A DNA stretch of 64,000 bases, taken from assembly GCA_965214705.1 (NCBI GenBank), contig CBDCCI010000001.1:288001-352000 (forward strand), given 5' to 3'. Numbering within the stretch: position 1 is the first letter of the stretch; each line of letters opens with the position of its first letter. A model generated the notes under the pieces. The model saw only the letters and a list, made by a program, of their open reading frames with translations. It searched no databases and was not told where the DNA came from. The position numbers and the translations under genes are program-made. Source of the DNA: Alphaproteobacteria bacterium. GTDB taxonomy: Bacteria > Pseudomonadota > Alphaproteobacteria > UBA828. Positions 17,260 to 28,358 of this stretch are shown here, one piece after another.

Positions 17260-18408
17260 TCACCCGGCTGAGCCGGGGCGGCGTGTGATGACGACGTCGC
17301 GGTGAACACCGACGCAAAGCAACAGTCCGAGACCCAGCATCAGGCTCAGCATTGCGCTGCCGCCGTAGGAGATCAGAGGTAGCGGCAGGCCCACGATGGG
17401 GATCAGGCCGATCACCATCGCGACATTGAAGAAGACGTGGAAGAAGAACGTGACCGTGATCCCCATGCCCAGCAGGCGGCCGAAGTGGTTGTTGCTGCGG
17501 GCCGAGATCACCACGCCGTAGGTGGCAATCCCCAGGTACAACAGAAGGACGCCGGCCACGCCGAAGAAGCCCAGCTCCTCCGCCATCATCGTGAAGATAA
17601 AGTCGGTCTGCTTCTCCGGCAGGAAGTTGAGGTGGCTTTGCGTTCCCTGGAGGTACCCCTTGCCGAACAGGCCGCCGGAGCCGAGCGCGATCTTCGACTG
17701 CAGGATGTGGTAGCCGGCGCCGAGCGGATCCGCTTCGGGGTTGAAGAACGTGAGAATGCGCGCCCTCTGATATTCGTGCAGGAGCTGCCAGACAACCGGC
17801 CCGGAGCCGAGCGCGAGCACGACGGCGACGCCGATCTTCCACGCCTTGAGCCCGGCCAGGAACAGCATGATCGCGCCGCCGAGCGCGAGCAGTATCGCTG
17901 TCCCCAGATCGGGCTGGCGCAGGATCAGCGCGGCGGGCGCAAGAATCATGAGCAGCGGCGGGAGATAGGTGCGGATGCGGCCGATCCCCTCGAGCGGGAC
18001 ACCGTGGAAGTAGCGCGCGAGCGCCAGGATCAGCGCGATCTTCATGAGCTCCGAAGGCTGCAGCTGGATCACCCCCAGGTCGATCCAGCGCTGCGCCCCC
18101 TTCCCCGCAGCGCCGAGCAGCTCCACACCCACCAGCAGGGCGAAGGCGAGGACGTAGATCGTGTACGCGGCGCGCAGCCAGAAGCCGATATCGATGAGCG
18201 ACACGCCGAGCATCAGCAGGAGACCCGCGCCGAACCAGACCATCTGGCGAGACGCCCAAGGCTCGGTGGCGCCGCCGGAGGCGGAAATCAGCATTCCGAT
18301 GCCGACCGCGCCAACGGTGCAGACGAGAACGACCAGGAACCAGTCGAGCCGAAGCAGCCGTTCGGCGACCCCGAAGCCCTGACGGCTGCTGACTTCGAAC
18401 TGCGCCAT
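17260..18408 (-). CDS. rodA: rod shape-determining protein RodA
   Basis: GAQRWI, QPSELMK, QPDLGTA, GYHILQSKIALGSGG, LPEKQTDFIF, LPLISYGGS. Confidence 0.97.
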   Translation of the reverse strand: MAQFEVSSRQGFGVAERLLRLDWFLVVLVCTVGAVGIGMLISASGGATEPWASRQMVWFGAGLLLMLGVSLIDIGFWLRAAYTIYVLAFALLVGVELLGAAGKGAQRWIDLGVIQLQPSELMKIALILALARYFHGVPLEGIGRIRTYLPPLLMILAPAALILRQPDLGTAILLALGGAIMLFLAGLKAWKIGVAVVLALGSGPVVWQLLHEYQRARILTFFNPEADPLGAGYHILQSKIALGSGGLFGKGYLQGTQSHLNFLPEKQTDFIFTMMAEELGFFGVAGVLLLYLGIATYGVVISARSNNHFGRLLGMGITVTFFFHVFFNVAMVIGLIPIVGLPLPLISYGGSAMLSLMLGLGLLLCVGVHRDVVITRRPGSAG

Positions 18409-20291
18409 CAGGCGGTCTCGTGCGGGCGGATCAGCGCCTCGAGGTTGCGGGCGCGGCCCGAGGGGTCGCGGCGCTGAACCTCACGCAGAATGTCGCGGGC
18501 GATGGGCGCCGCCACGGTGCCGCCGCTGCCGCCATGCTCGACCACGACCGCAACGCAGTAGCGCGGCCGCTCCAACGGCGCGTAGGCAACGAAGAGCGCG
18601 TGGTCGCGCTCCTTCCACGGGCGGTCTTCGTTCTTTATCACCCCAGCGCGGTGCTCGCGTTCGGAGATCCGCCGCACCTGCACGCTCCCGGTCTTGCCGG
18701 CCATGGCCAACGCGGGCTCTTCGATGCGCGCGCGATAGGCAGTGCCCTTGGGCTCGTTCACGACAAAATTCATGCCCTTGCGGACGATGTCCAAATGGGC
18801 GGGCGAAAGCCCCATTGGGTCGAACGTCTCGCTCTCCCGCGGCACCGGCTGTCCGTCTCGGATGACCTCCGCCAGGAGCCGAGGCTCCACCGCGATGCCG
18901 CCGTTGGCGATACGCGCGACCATCACCGCGAGCTGAAGCGGCGTCGTGAGGAGATAGCCCTGGCCGATACCAACGACCAGCGTCTCGCCGCCCTGCCAAG
19001 GCTCGCCAATCATGGCAAGCTTCCACTCGCGCGTCGGCACCAGGCCTGGCTTCTCCCCCGGCAGTTCGATGTCGAGCTTCCTGCCGAAGCCGAAGCGCTC
19101 CGACATCGCCGCGATCCGGTCTATGCCGACGCGCTTTGCCACCTCGTAGAAGTAGACATCGCAGGATTCCATGAGGCCCTGCACCATGGCGACGTGCCCG
19201 TGGCCATAGCGCCGCCAGCAGCGGAACCGGCGTTTTCCGAGTTTTATGGAACCGTCGCAATAGAAACGCTGGTAAGGGCTCACTTCGCCGCTTTCGAGCG
19301 CAGCCAGCGCCACGATCATCTTGAATGTGGAGCCCGGCGAATACTGGCCGGCGATCGACTTGTTGCTGAGCGGGAAGCGCGGATGGCCGATCAGCTCCCG
19401 CCATTGCCGTTGGCTGATGCCGGAAGTGAAGAGGTTGGGGTCGTAGTTCGGCATCGACGCCAGCGCCAGGATCTCGCCCGAATGGACGTCGAGGACCACG
19501 GCCGATCCGCTCTCCTCGCCGAAGCGGGCCGCGACGTACTGCTGAAGCCCGAGGTCGATGGTCAGCATGTGGTCGTCGCCCGGCCGGCCGGTCCTGCGGC
19601 TGAGCTCGCGGATGACCCGGCCGTATGCGTTCACCTCGACTTGCCGGGAGCCGGCCTCGCCTCGCAGTGAGCTCTCCAGCACCTTCTCGGCGCCGTTCTT
19701 GCCGATGCGGAAGTCGGGCAGCGTGAGCAGCGGATCGTCCGTCAGCTCCAAATCGGATTCGTTGACGGCGCCGACGTAGCCCACGATGTGGACCGTATCG
19801 CGGCCGAAGGCGTAGAGGCGGCGGCTGCCTACGTCAATCATCACGCCGGGCAAGTCTGGCGCGTTGACCTCGATTTGCGAGACCTCATCCCACGTCAGAT
19901 TCTCGCGGACCGTGATGGGGACGAATCTCTGCTTGCGCCTGGCTTCGCGCAGGACCCGCTCGCGGTCGTGGTCCTCGATCGGCACCAGCGCTGCGATTTC
20001 GTCCAGCGCCTTGTCGAGATTAAGCGCCGCCTCGGGGACAACGACCAGCCGATAATTCAGCCGGTTCTCCGCAAGCACCTGGCCGAAGCGGTCGAAGATG
20101 CGGCCCCGCGCCGGCGGCAGCAGCTGCATGTTGATGCGGTTCTCGTCGGCGAGCACCTGATAGCGCTCGGAATCCACGACCTGAAGCTGATAGAGGCGCC
20201 CGGCGAGGCCGGCCGTCAGCAGCGCCTGCGCGCCGCCCACGATGATCGCGCGGCGCGTGAAAATGTTGGCGCGTCCCGTTTCGCCCCGCAT
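18408..20291 (-). CDS. mrdA: penicillin-binding protein 2
   Basis: PGSTFK, SCDVYFY, KTGS motifs; between mreD and rodA. Confidence 0.97.
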   Translation of the reverse strand: MRGETGRANIFTRRAIIVGGAQALLTAGLAGRLYQLQVVDSERYQVLADENRINMQLLPPARGRIFDRFGQVLAENRLNYRLVVVPEAALNLDKALDEIAALVPIEDHDRERVLREARRKQRFVPITVRENLTWDEVSQIEVNAPDLPGVMIDVGSRRLYAFGRDTVHIVGYVGAVNESDLELTDDPLLTLPDFRIGKNGAEKVLESSLRGEAGSRQVEVNAYGRVIRELSRRTGRPGDDHMLTIDLGLQQYVAARFGEESGSAVVLDVHSGEILALASMPNYDPNLFTSGISQRQWRELIGHPRFPLSNKSIAGQYSPGSTFKMIVALAALESGEVSPYQRFYCDGSIKLGKRRFRCWRRYGHGHVAMVQGLMESCDVYFYEVAKRVGIDRIAAMSERFGFGRKLDIELPGEKPGLVPTREWKLAMIGEPWQGGETLVVGIGQGYLLTTPLQLAVMVARIANGGIAVEPRLLAEVIRDGQPVPRESETFDPMGLSPAHLDIVRKGMNFVVNEPKGTAYRARIEEPALAMAGKTGSVQVRRISEREHRAGVIKNEDRPWKERDHALFVAYAPLERPRYCVAVVVEHGGSGGTVAAPIARDILREVQRRDPSGRARNLEALIRPHETA

Positions 20292-20292
20292 C

Positions 20293-20808
20293 TCACTCAG
20301 GCCGCGCGGCGGCAAGCACGCCAAGGGGACGGAACAACAGCACGAATATCGGGAAGAGCAGCAACGTCAGCACGACCTGCACGACGATGGGCAGCGGCGG
20401 GACAAGCGCGCCGAAGCAGGCGGAACTGATGATCCAGCTGAGCAGCCCGACCGCCGGCATGACCAGGGAGAAGCCCCACCAAACGACGAGAAACGGCTTG
20501 CCGCGGAAGAACGTGCGTTGCGACGCAACGACTCCCTGAACGATGAGCAGCACCAGCGCCGTCATGCCGAGCGGCGTTGCGGCGAGGAGATCTTGAAGCA
20601 CGCCGATGCCGAAGGTCGCCACGTAGGGGAAACGCTCGGGCCGGTAGATGGTCCAGTAGAAGATCGCCATCACGGCGAAAGCCGGCGTGACCTCGACGAA
20701 CGCCGGCAGCCGCCAGGGGAGCGACGCCGCGAAGACGAGCATCACCGTGACGGTCACCGGGATCGCGCCGCGCACAGAGCGGTCGGCCCATTGCAGCCAG
20801 TCGCCCAT
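20293..20808 (-). CDS. mreD: rod shape-determining protein MreD
   Basis: Hydrophobic, FYWTIYRP, GVLQDLL..PLG; operon position. Confidence 0.9.
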   Translation of the reverse strand: MGDWLQWADRSVRGAIPVTVTVMLVFAASLPWRLPAFVEVTPAFAVMAIFYWTIYRPERFPYVATFGIGVLQDLLAATPLGMTALVLLIVQGVVASQRTFFRGKPFLVVWWGFSLVMPAVGLLSWIISSACFGALVPPLPIVVQVVLTLLLFPIFVLLFRPLGVLAAARPE

Positions 20809-21689
20809 TACCGCAGGCTCCCGGCGCGTTCGGCGCGGCGCGTTTCGGGCAAGACCCCCGGCACCACGTAGTCGAGGACGGTAACGTAATCGAGCCGCTC
20901 CCAGACCACGAAGGGCTGCACCGTCGCGCGGTCCTTGTCGACCGCAGACACGATCCCGACATCGAGCGCCGGCGGGAACATTCCGCCCTCTCCCGACGTC
21001 ACGACGCGATCGCCGGGCTTTGCCCTGGCATCGGTCGCGAGGAAGGCGAGGTAGGGATGCGGGCTGTTGTCGCCGCGCAGGATCGTCCGGTCACGGCTCT
21101 CCTCCAAGACGACGGGAATGCGGGAGTTGAGGTCGGTCAGCAGGAGAATTCGCGCCGTGTGATCGCCGGCCTCCAACACGCGGCCCACCAGTCCGTCGTG
21201 GTTGACCACCGCCTGGCCCTTGCGCACCCCGTGGGATTGGCCCGCGTTGACCAGGACCATGTGGATGAACGGCCCGCCGGAATCCGCGATGACGCGGGCC
21301 GTGACGAAACGCGCCCGCTGGTCCGGCACGACCTTGAGCATTCGCCGGAACATCTCGTTTTCGTAACCGAGCTGCTCGGCCACCGCCTGCCACTTGCGGA
21401 GCTCGGCGTTGTCGTGCGCCAGCTGCTCGTTGCGCTCGTGAACGCTCATGATGCCGTCCAGCTCGTCGAACCCACTGGCGATCGTTGCCGCAGGTTGCGA
21501 GAAGAAGGCGAAAATTGGGGCGACGGTGTCGACAACGCCGACGCGTATCGTCTCCACGACGCGTGGCTCCGCCTGGCTCAGGATCATTAGGGTGATCGCC
21601 GCGCAGGCCAGCATTGCGTAGCCAAAGCGCTGGGCGAAGACCCTGCCCGGCACGGCCAGGACGAGATTGCGCCCTCGGCCTACCCTCAC
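20808..21689 (-). CDS. mreC: rod shape-determining protein MreC
   Basis: TM plus coiled coil, ARVIADSG, GLVGRV, LLTDLNSRIPV, VVTSGEGGMFP. Confidence 0.95.
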   Translation of the reverse strand: MRVGRGRNLVLAVPGRVFAQRFGYAMLACAAITLMILSQAEPRVVETIRVGVVDTVAPIFAFFSQPAATIASGFDELDGIMSVHERNEQLAHDNAELRKWQAVAEQLGYENEMFRRMLKVVPDQRARFVTARVIADSGGPFIHMVLVNAGQSHGVRKGQAVVNHDGLVGRVLEAGDHTARILLLTDLNSRIPVVLEESRDRTILRGDNSPHPYLAFLATDARAKPGDRVVTSGEGGMFPPALDVGIVSAVDKDRATVQPFVVWERLDYVTVLDYVVPGVLPETRRAERAGSLR

Positions 21690-21745
21690 TCAGACCTCCA
21701 AACGTTACGCGGCGAATTCCGAATCGGGCCCGCGTAGCGGGAAAC

Positions 21746-22801
<1,056 letters not shown>

Positions 22802-22850
22802 CTAAACGGCAGCAGGGCAGGCAGGCTGCAGCCGGGGCCCACCCCGTCGT

Positions 22851-24410
22851 TCAAGCTGACAACGCCTCCGGAGCCGTCTTCTGCCGCTTGACCAGAAGCT
22901 TGTTGAGCGCGTGCACATAGGCCAGTACCGAGGCCACGATGGTATCGATATGCGCACTGTGCCCGTTCACTGTTCTCCCGTTTTCCTCCAGCCGCACGCT
23001 CACTTCGGCCTGGGCATCGGTGCCTTCCGTCACCGCATGAACCTGATAAAGCTGTAGCTTGGCCTCGTGCGGGTAAATCGCCTTGATGGCGTTGAAAGCC
23101 GCATCCACGGGGCCGTTCCCGGTGGCTTGCGCCTCCGCCTGCTCGCCGTCGACGGCGAGCGTGAGAGACGCCTCCTGCGGTCCTGACGAGCCGCAGGACA
23201 CCGAGAGGGACCCGAACTTGATGCGATCGTTTGCGCCGGCGACTTCCGTGTCCACCAGCGCGATGATGTCCTCGTCGAAGAGTTCTTTCTTCTTGTCGGC
23301 GAGGTCCTTGAATCTGACGAACGCCTCTTGGAGCGCGTTGTCGCCGAGCTCAGTGTAGCCGAGGCTCCGCAGCTTCTCGCGGAAGGCGTGGCGGCCCGAA
23401 TGCTTGCCCATGACGAGCGTCGACTGCACGAGGCCGACCGATTCGGGCGTCATGATCTCGTAGGTCTGCGCGTCCTTGAGGACGCCGTCCTGATGAATTC
23501 CCGCTTCGTGGGCGAAGGCGTTGGCACCCACGATCGCCTTGTTCGGCTGCACGACGAAGCCGGTCACCGCCGAGACCAGGCGCGAGGCGCGCATGATGTT
23601 CTCGGTCTTCACGCCGGTCTCGAAGCTCATCAAGTCGTTGCGCGTGCGCAGCGCCATGACGATCTCTTCCATCGCGGCGTTGCCGGCGCGCTCGCCGAGC
23701 CCGTTGATGGTGCACTCCACCTGCCGGGCGCCCGCCTGCACGGCGCTCAGCGAGTTGGCGACGGCGAGACCTAAGTCGTTGTGGCAATGGACCGAGAGCA
23801 CGGCCTTGTCGATGTTAGGCACCCGGTCGAAGAGCATGGCGATCAGCGACGCGAACTCCTCCGGCACGGCGTAGCCCACGGTGTCGGGGATGTTGATGGT
23901 GCCGGCGCCGGCCTTGATTGCCGATTCGACGCAACGGCAGAGGAAGTCGTGCTCGGTGCGCGAGCCGTCCTCGCAGGACCACTCGACGTCGTCGGTGAAC
24001 TTGCGGGCGTAGCTCACGCTGTCGATCACGGCCGCATGCACATCCTCGGGCTCCATCTGCAGCTTGACGCGCATGTGGAGCGGACTGGTCGAGATGAAGG
24101 TGTGAATCCGGCCGGACTTGGCTGGCGCGAGTGCTTCGGCTGCGCGGTCGATGTCCCGCCGCCCGGCGCGGGCCAGGCCGCAAACGGTGCTCTCGGTCAC
24201 CACCTTGGCGACCTCGCGGACCGCTTCGAAATCGCCGTTCGACGCGATGGGGAAGCCGGCCTCGATCACGTCGACCCTCATCTCCTCAAGGATCTCGGCG
24301 ATCCGGAGTTTCTCTTCCAGATTCATCGATGCGCCCGGCGACTGCTCGCCGTCGCGCATCGTCGTATCGAATATTCGGACTCGGTTCCCTGTCTCGGTCA
24401 TAACGGGCAT
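22851..24410 (-). CDS. leuA: 2-isopropylmalate synthase
   Basis: FDTTMRDGEQ, HCHNDLG, GLGERAGN, HEAGIHQDG, GKHSG, regulatory GNGPVDA. Confidence 0.98.
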   Translation of the reverse strand: MPVMTETGNRVRIFDTTMRDGEQSPGASMNLEEKLRIAEILEEMRVDVIEAGFPIASNGDFEAVREVAKVVTESTVCGLARAGRRDIDRAAEALAPAKSGRIHTFISTSPLHMRVKLQMEPEDVHAAVIDSVSYARKFTDDVEWSCEDGSRTEHDFLCRCVESAIKAGAGTINIPDTVGYAVPEEFASLIAMLFDRVPNIDKAVLSVHCHNDLGLAVANSLSAVQAGARQVECTINGLGERAGNAAMEEIVMALRTRNDLMSFETGVKTENIMRASRLVSAVTGFVVQPNKAIVGANAFAHEAGIHQDGVLKDAQTYEIMTPESVGLVQSTLVMGKHSGRHAFREKLRSLGYTELGDNALQEAFVRFKDLADKKKELFDEDIIALVDTEVAGANDRIKFGSLSVSCGSSGPQEASLTLAVDGEQAEAQATGNGPVDAAFNAIKAIYPHEAKLQLYQVHAVTEGTDAQAEVSVRLEENGRTVNGHSAHIDTIVASVLAYVHALNKLLVKRQKTAPEALSA

Positions 24411-24482
24411 CCTTTCACCCTGGCGGCTACGACAGTCATCGCGCTCCCCTGGTCGGTCGGCCGATTGCGCACGGCAAACCGC

Positions 24483-24587
24483 TCAGGGGCAGCTAAGTCG
24501 CAGCCCGCGTAGGGTGGAATGTGCCGTGGCCGCAGCGTCGCGCAAGTGGTGCGTGCCTGCCGGCTCAGTCTCCGTCGGCACCGTCAT
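24483..24587 (-). promoter_or_regulatory. putative leuA leader peptide / attenuator (34 aa, ends ...TLRGLRLSCP*)
   Basis: Leu codons CTA, CTG, CTT near the stop (CTA and CTT rare at this GC); CCCCTG at the stop pairs with CAGGGG about 35 nt downstream. Confidence 0.6.
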
Positions 24588-24749
24588 CGGACCATGGCCC
24601 TCGACCCCATTCGCACGACACAAGCAGCCATCCGGTGCGGCACAAGATCGGTCCGCCGCCCGGGTTCTGGGAACTTGTACGCCCAACTCCTTGGGCGAAG
24701 CAACGAATTTGTCGCCTTGCGGTGGTGCCCCTGCTTGTGCCGAGAGTCG

Positions 24750-25769
24750 TCAATTCTTGCTGCGATCGACCAGCCGGGCCTCGGCGATCCACGGCATCAT
24801 CGCACGGAGCCGCTCGCCCACCTCCTCCAGCGGATGCTCGGCGGCACGCGCGCGCATCGCCTTGAAGGAGGACTGGCCCGCGGCGTTCTCGGTCATCCAT
24901 TCGGTGGTGAACCGGCCGTTCTGAATGTCCGCGAGGATCGTCTTCATGCGCTCCCGCGTCGCGTCGTCGATGACCCGCGGCCCGCGCGTGTAATCGCCGT
25001 ACTCGGCGGTGTTCGAGATCGAGTAGCGCATGTTGGCGATGCCGCCCTCGTACATCAGGTCGACAATCAGCTTGACCTCGTGAAGGCACTCGAAATAGGC
25101 CATCTCGGGCGCGTAGCCGGCGTCCACCAAGGTCTCCCAGGCGGCGGTGATCAGGGAGGTCAGGCCGCCGCAGAGCACCACCTGCTCGCCGAAGAGATCG
25201 GTCTCGACCTCCTCGCGGAAGCTGGTCTCGATAATGCCGGCGCGGCCGCCACCAATGCCAGACGCATACGAAAGGCCGATCTCCTTGGCATTGCCCGAGG
25301 GATCGCGCGCCAGCGCGAGCAGGCAGGGCACGCCGCCGCCCCGCTGATATTCCGAGCGCACCGTATGACCTGGACCCTTGGGCGCCACCATGAAGACGTC
25401 GAGATCGGGCCGGGGCTCGATCAGGCGGAAGTGGATGTTGAGCCCGTGGGCGAAGGCCAGCGCCGCGCCTTCCTTCATGGAGCCGTGCAGCACGTCGGCA
25501 TAGAGCTGGCGCTGAAGCTCGTCCGGGGTGAGCAGCATCACGACGTCGCCGAAGCGCGCGGCCTCCTCGATATCCATGACCGTGAGCCCGGCGGCTTCCA
25601 CCTTCGCCGCGCTCGCCGAGCCCGGCCTGAGCCCCACGGCAACGTCCTCGACGCCGCTTTCCTTCAAGTTGTTCGCGTGCGCGAAGCCCTGGCTGCCGTA
25701 GCCGATGATCGAGACCTTCTTCGACTTGATCAGGTTCAGATCGGCATCGCGATCGTAATAGACCCGCAT
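24750..25769 (-). CDS. ilvC: ketol-acid reductoisomerase
   Basis: [37 protein letters not shown]. Confidence 0.99.
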   Translation of the reverse strand: MRVYYDRDADLNLIKSKKVSIIGYGSQGFAHANNLKESGVEDVAVGLRPGSASAAKVEAAGLTVMDIEEAARFGDVVMLLTPDELQRQLYADVLHGSMKEGAALAFAHGLNIHFRLIEPRPDLDVFMVAPKGPGHTVRSEYQRGGGVPCLLALARDPSGNAKEIGLSYASGIGGGRAGIIETSFREEVETDLFGEQVVLCGGLTSLITAAWETLVDAGYAPEMAYFECLHEVKLIVDLMYEGGIANMRYSISNTAEYGDYTRGPRVIDDATRERMKTILADIQNGRFTTEWMTENAAGQSSFKAMRARAAEHPLEEVGERLRAMMPWIAEARLVDRSKN

Positions 25770-25811
25770 CGTGCTCTCCCAAGTTGGCGTTGCGTGCGGC
25801 CCGCGGCCGCG

Positions 25812-26318
25812 TCAGATCGATTCCTTGCCGCGCGTGATCGCGACCACGCCCGTGCGCGATATCTCTGTCAGCCCGAGCGGCGTCATCAGCCGGATGAAGG
25901 CATCGATCTTGGTGCCCTTCCCGGTCATCTCGAACACGAACGAGTCGATTTCGCTGTCGACCACGTGGGCGCGGAAGATATCCGCGATCCGAAGCGATTC
26001 GACCCGCTTCTCGCCAGTGGCGACGACCTTGATCAGCGCGAGCTCGCGCTCGATGTAGGGGCCCTCGCTGCCGAGATCGGAGACCTTGTGGATCGGTACC
26101 AGTCGGTCGAGCTGCGCCTTGATCTGCTCGATGACCATGGCCGAGCCGGAGGTCACCAGATTGATGCGCGAGAGGCGCTTGTCGTGCTCGACCTCGGCGA
26201 CGGTCAGGCTCTCAATATTGTAGCCGCGGCCCGAGAACAGCCCGATGACCCGCGCCAGCACGCCGGGCTCGTTCTCCACGAGCACGGAAAGCGTGCGGCG
26301 CTCGGCGTCGTCGGTCAC
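25812..26318 (-). CDS. ilvH: acetolactate synthase small subunit
   Basis: VENEPGVLARVIGLFSGRGYNIESL, ERELALIKV, RTG; GTG start after GGAGAG. Confidence 0.97.
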   Translation of the reverse strand: MTDDAERRTLSVLVENEPGVLARVIGLFSGRGYNIESLTVAEVEHDKRLSRINLVTSGSAMVIEQIKAQLDRLVPIHKVSDLGSEGPYIERELALIKVVATGEKRVESLRIADIFRAHVVDSEIDSFVFEMTGKGTKIDAFIRLMTPLGLTEISRTGVVAITRGKESI

Positions 26319-26434
26319 GGCCGTTCTCTCCGGGCCGCCTGCGGGCGGGCGTCCCGCCGGTGCCGGCACTCAGGCAGGCCGGACGGCGGCTTGGCGTTTC
26401 GCGTCATGGATCGGCTCGGTCGGCGCCCTGGGTC

Positions 26435-28228
26435 CTAGACGAGCACCATCCCGTCTTCCGAGCGCTCTTCGAGCTCGCCGTGCTCGGGCCCCAGCTTCAT
26501 CTCGTAGTGCGCGGCCCCGGCCGGGATCATCGGATAGACGTTCTCTTCCTTGTCGACGAGGATGTCGGCGATCACCGGGCCCGGTGTCTCGATCATGGCC
26601 TCGATCACGCCGTCCACCTCCTCGGGCCGGCGGGCGCGCAGGCCGGTCGCCCCGAACGATTCCGCCAGCTTCACGAAATCGGGCAGCGAATCCATGTAGC
26701 TCTCGGCGTAGCGGCCGCCGTGGAAGAACTCCTGCCACTGGCGCACCATGCCCATGTATTCGTTGTTGAGCAGGAAGGTCTTCACCGGCAGCCGGTACTG
26801 CACCATGGTCGAAAGCTCCTGGATCGTCATGAGCAACGACGCTTCGCCGGCGATGTCGATGACGAGCGAGTCCGGATGGGCCACCTGCACGCCCATCGCG
26901 GCGGGGAAGCCGTATCCCATGGTGCCGAGGCCGCCCGAGGTCATCCAGCGGTTGGGCTCCTCGAACTTGAGGAACTGCGCCGCCCACATCTGGTGCTGGC
27001 CCACCTCGGTGGTGAAGTAAGAGTCCCGCCCCTTGGTGGCCTCGTAGAGCCGCTGCAGCGCGTACTGTGGCTTGATGGTGTTGCTGGAGTTCTTGTAGCG
27101 CAGGCAGTCGCGCCCACGCCACTTGTCGATCTGCCGCCACCACGCCGCCACCTGGGCGTTTGGCTCCGCGCCGCTTGCCTCCCACTCGGCCAGGATGGCG
27201 TCGAGCGCGAGACCCGCATCGCCGACCATGGCGACGTCCACCGGCACGTTCTTGTTGATGGACGAGGGGTCGATGTCGATCTGCACCTTGGTCGAGCCGC
27301 GCGAGAAATCGGCGAGCCGGCCGGTCACGCGATCGTCGAAGCGGGCGCCGACCGCGATCATCAGGTCGCACTCGGCCATCGCCATGTTGGCCTCGTAGGT
27401 GCCGTGCATGCCCAGCATGCCGAGGAAGAGCGGGTCGGATCCCGGATAGCAGCCGAGCCCCATCAGCGTGTTGGTGATGGGATAGCCCGTGCGCTGCACC
27501 AGCGCCGCGAGACTCTGCGCCGCGTCGGGCCCCGCGTTGATGACGCCGCCGCCCGCATAGAAGAGCGGGCGCTTGGCGCGCGTCAGCAGCTCGACCGTGC
27601 GCTTGACCGCGTCCGCATCGGGCGCGCGCTGCGGCCGGTAGGAACGGTGCTCCAACCCGTTGCCCGGCGCCGCACACTCGGGGACGTAGGGCGCCTTGGC
27701 CATGACCACGTCCTTCGGCAGGTCCACGACCACGGGGCCGGGCCGGCCGGCGCTCGCGATGTAGTAGGCCTCGCGGATCACCTGGCAGAGGTTGTCGACT
27801 TCCTTGATGAGATAGTTGTGCTTGGTGCAGGGGCGGGTGATCCCCACCGTGTCGGCTTCCTGAAAGGCGTCATTACCGATCATGTGGGTCGGCACCTGCC
27901 CGGTCAGGCAGACGACGGGAATGCTGTCCATCAGCGCGTCGGTGAGGCCTGTGACGCTGTTGGTGGCGCCGGGCCCTGAAGTGACCAGCACCGTGCCCAC
28001 CTTGCCGGTGGAGCGCGCGTAGCCCTCGGCCGCATGGACCGCGCCCTGCTCGTGCCGCACCAGAATGTGGCGTAGCTCGTTCTGCTTGAAGATGGCGTCG
28101 TAGATGGGAAGTACCGCGCCGCCGGGATAGCCGAACACGACGTCTACGCCGAGATCGACCAGCGTGCGAACGACTAGCTCGGCCCCGGTCAGCTCTGCCG
28201 GGGCGTGATCCTCGGCATCCGTTGTCAC
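26435..28228 (-). CDS. ilvI: acetolactate synthase large subunit
   Basis: FGYPGGAVL, RHEQGA, TSGPGATN, MLGMHG, GQHQMW, SGGLGTMG, GMVRQWQ. Confidence 0.98.
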   Translation of the reverse strand: MTTDAEDHAPAELTGAELVVRTLVDLGVDVVFGYPGGAVLPIYDAIFKQNELRHILVRHEQGAVHAAEGYARSTGKVGTVLVTSGPGATNSVTGLTDALMDSIPVVCLTGQVPTHMIGNDAFQEADTVGITRPCTKHNYLIKEVDNLCQVIREAYYIASAGRPGPVVVDLPKDVVMAKAPYVPECAAPGNGLEHRSYRPQRAPDADAVKRTVELLTRAKRPLFYAGGGVINAGPDAAQSLAALVQRTGYPITNTLMGLGCYPGSDPLFLGMLGMHGTYEANMAMAECDLMIAVGARFDDRVTGRLADFSRGSTKVQIDIDPSSINKNVPVDVAMVGDAGLALDAILAEWEASGAEPNAQVAAWWRQIDKWRGRDCLRYKNSSNTIKPQYALQRLYEATKGRDSYFTTEVGQHQMWAAQFLKFEEPNRWMTSGGLGTMGYGFPAAMGVQVAHPDSLVIDIAGEASLLMTIQELSTMVQYRLPVKTFLLNNEYMGMVRQWQEFFHGGRYAESYMDSLPDFVKLAESFGATGLRARRPEEVDGVIEAMIETPGPVIADILVDKEENVYPMIPAGAAHYEMKLGPEHGELEERSEDGMVLV

Positions 28229-28329
28229 GGCGATCTCCCTTCCGCACAAGCGCGAACGGCCCACCCTTGCGGCAGGGTCGGCCGGCCAGCGCTGGCACGC
28301 CCCACAGCGCGCCCGTCTTCGGAGGGCGG

Positions 28330-28358
28330 ACAGTAGTCCTTCGCCCTCAGCCGGTCAA
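28330..28358 (-). promoter_or_regulatory. sigma70-type promoter of ilvI overlapping miaA stop
   Basis: TTGACC-N17-TACTGT on minus strand. Confidence 0.65.

Noticed and set aside
28229-28329. ilv leader-peptide attenuator
   Set aside because: Hairpins are present but there is no Ile/Leu/Val-rich uORF or U-tailed terminator between the promoter and ilvI
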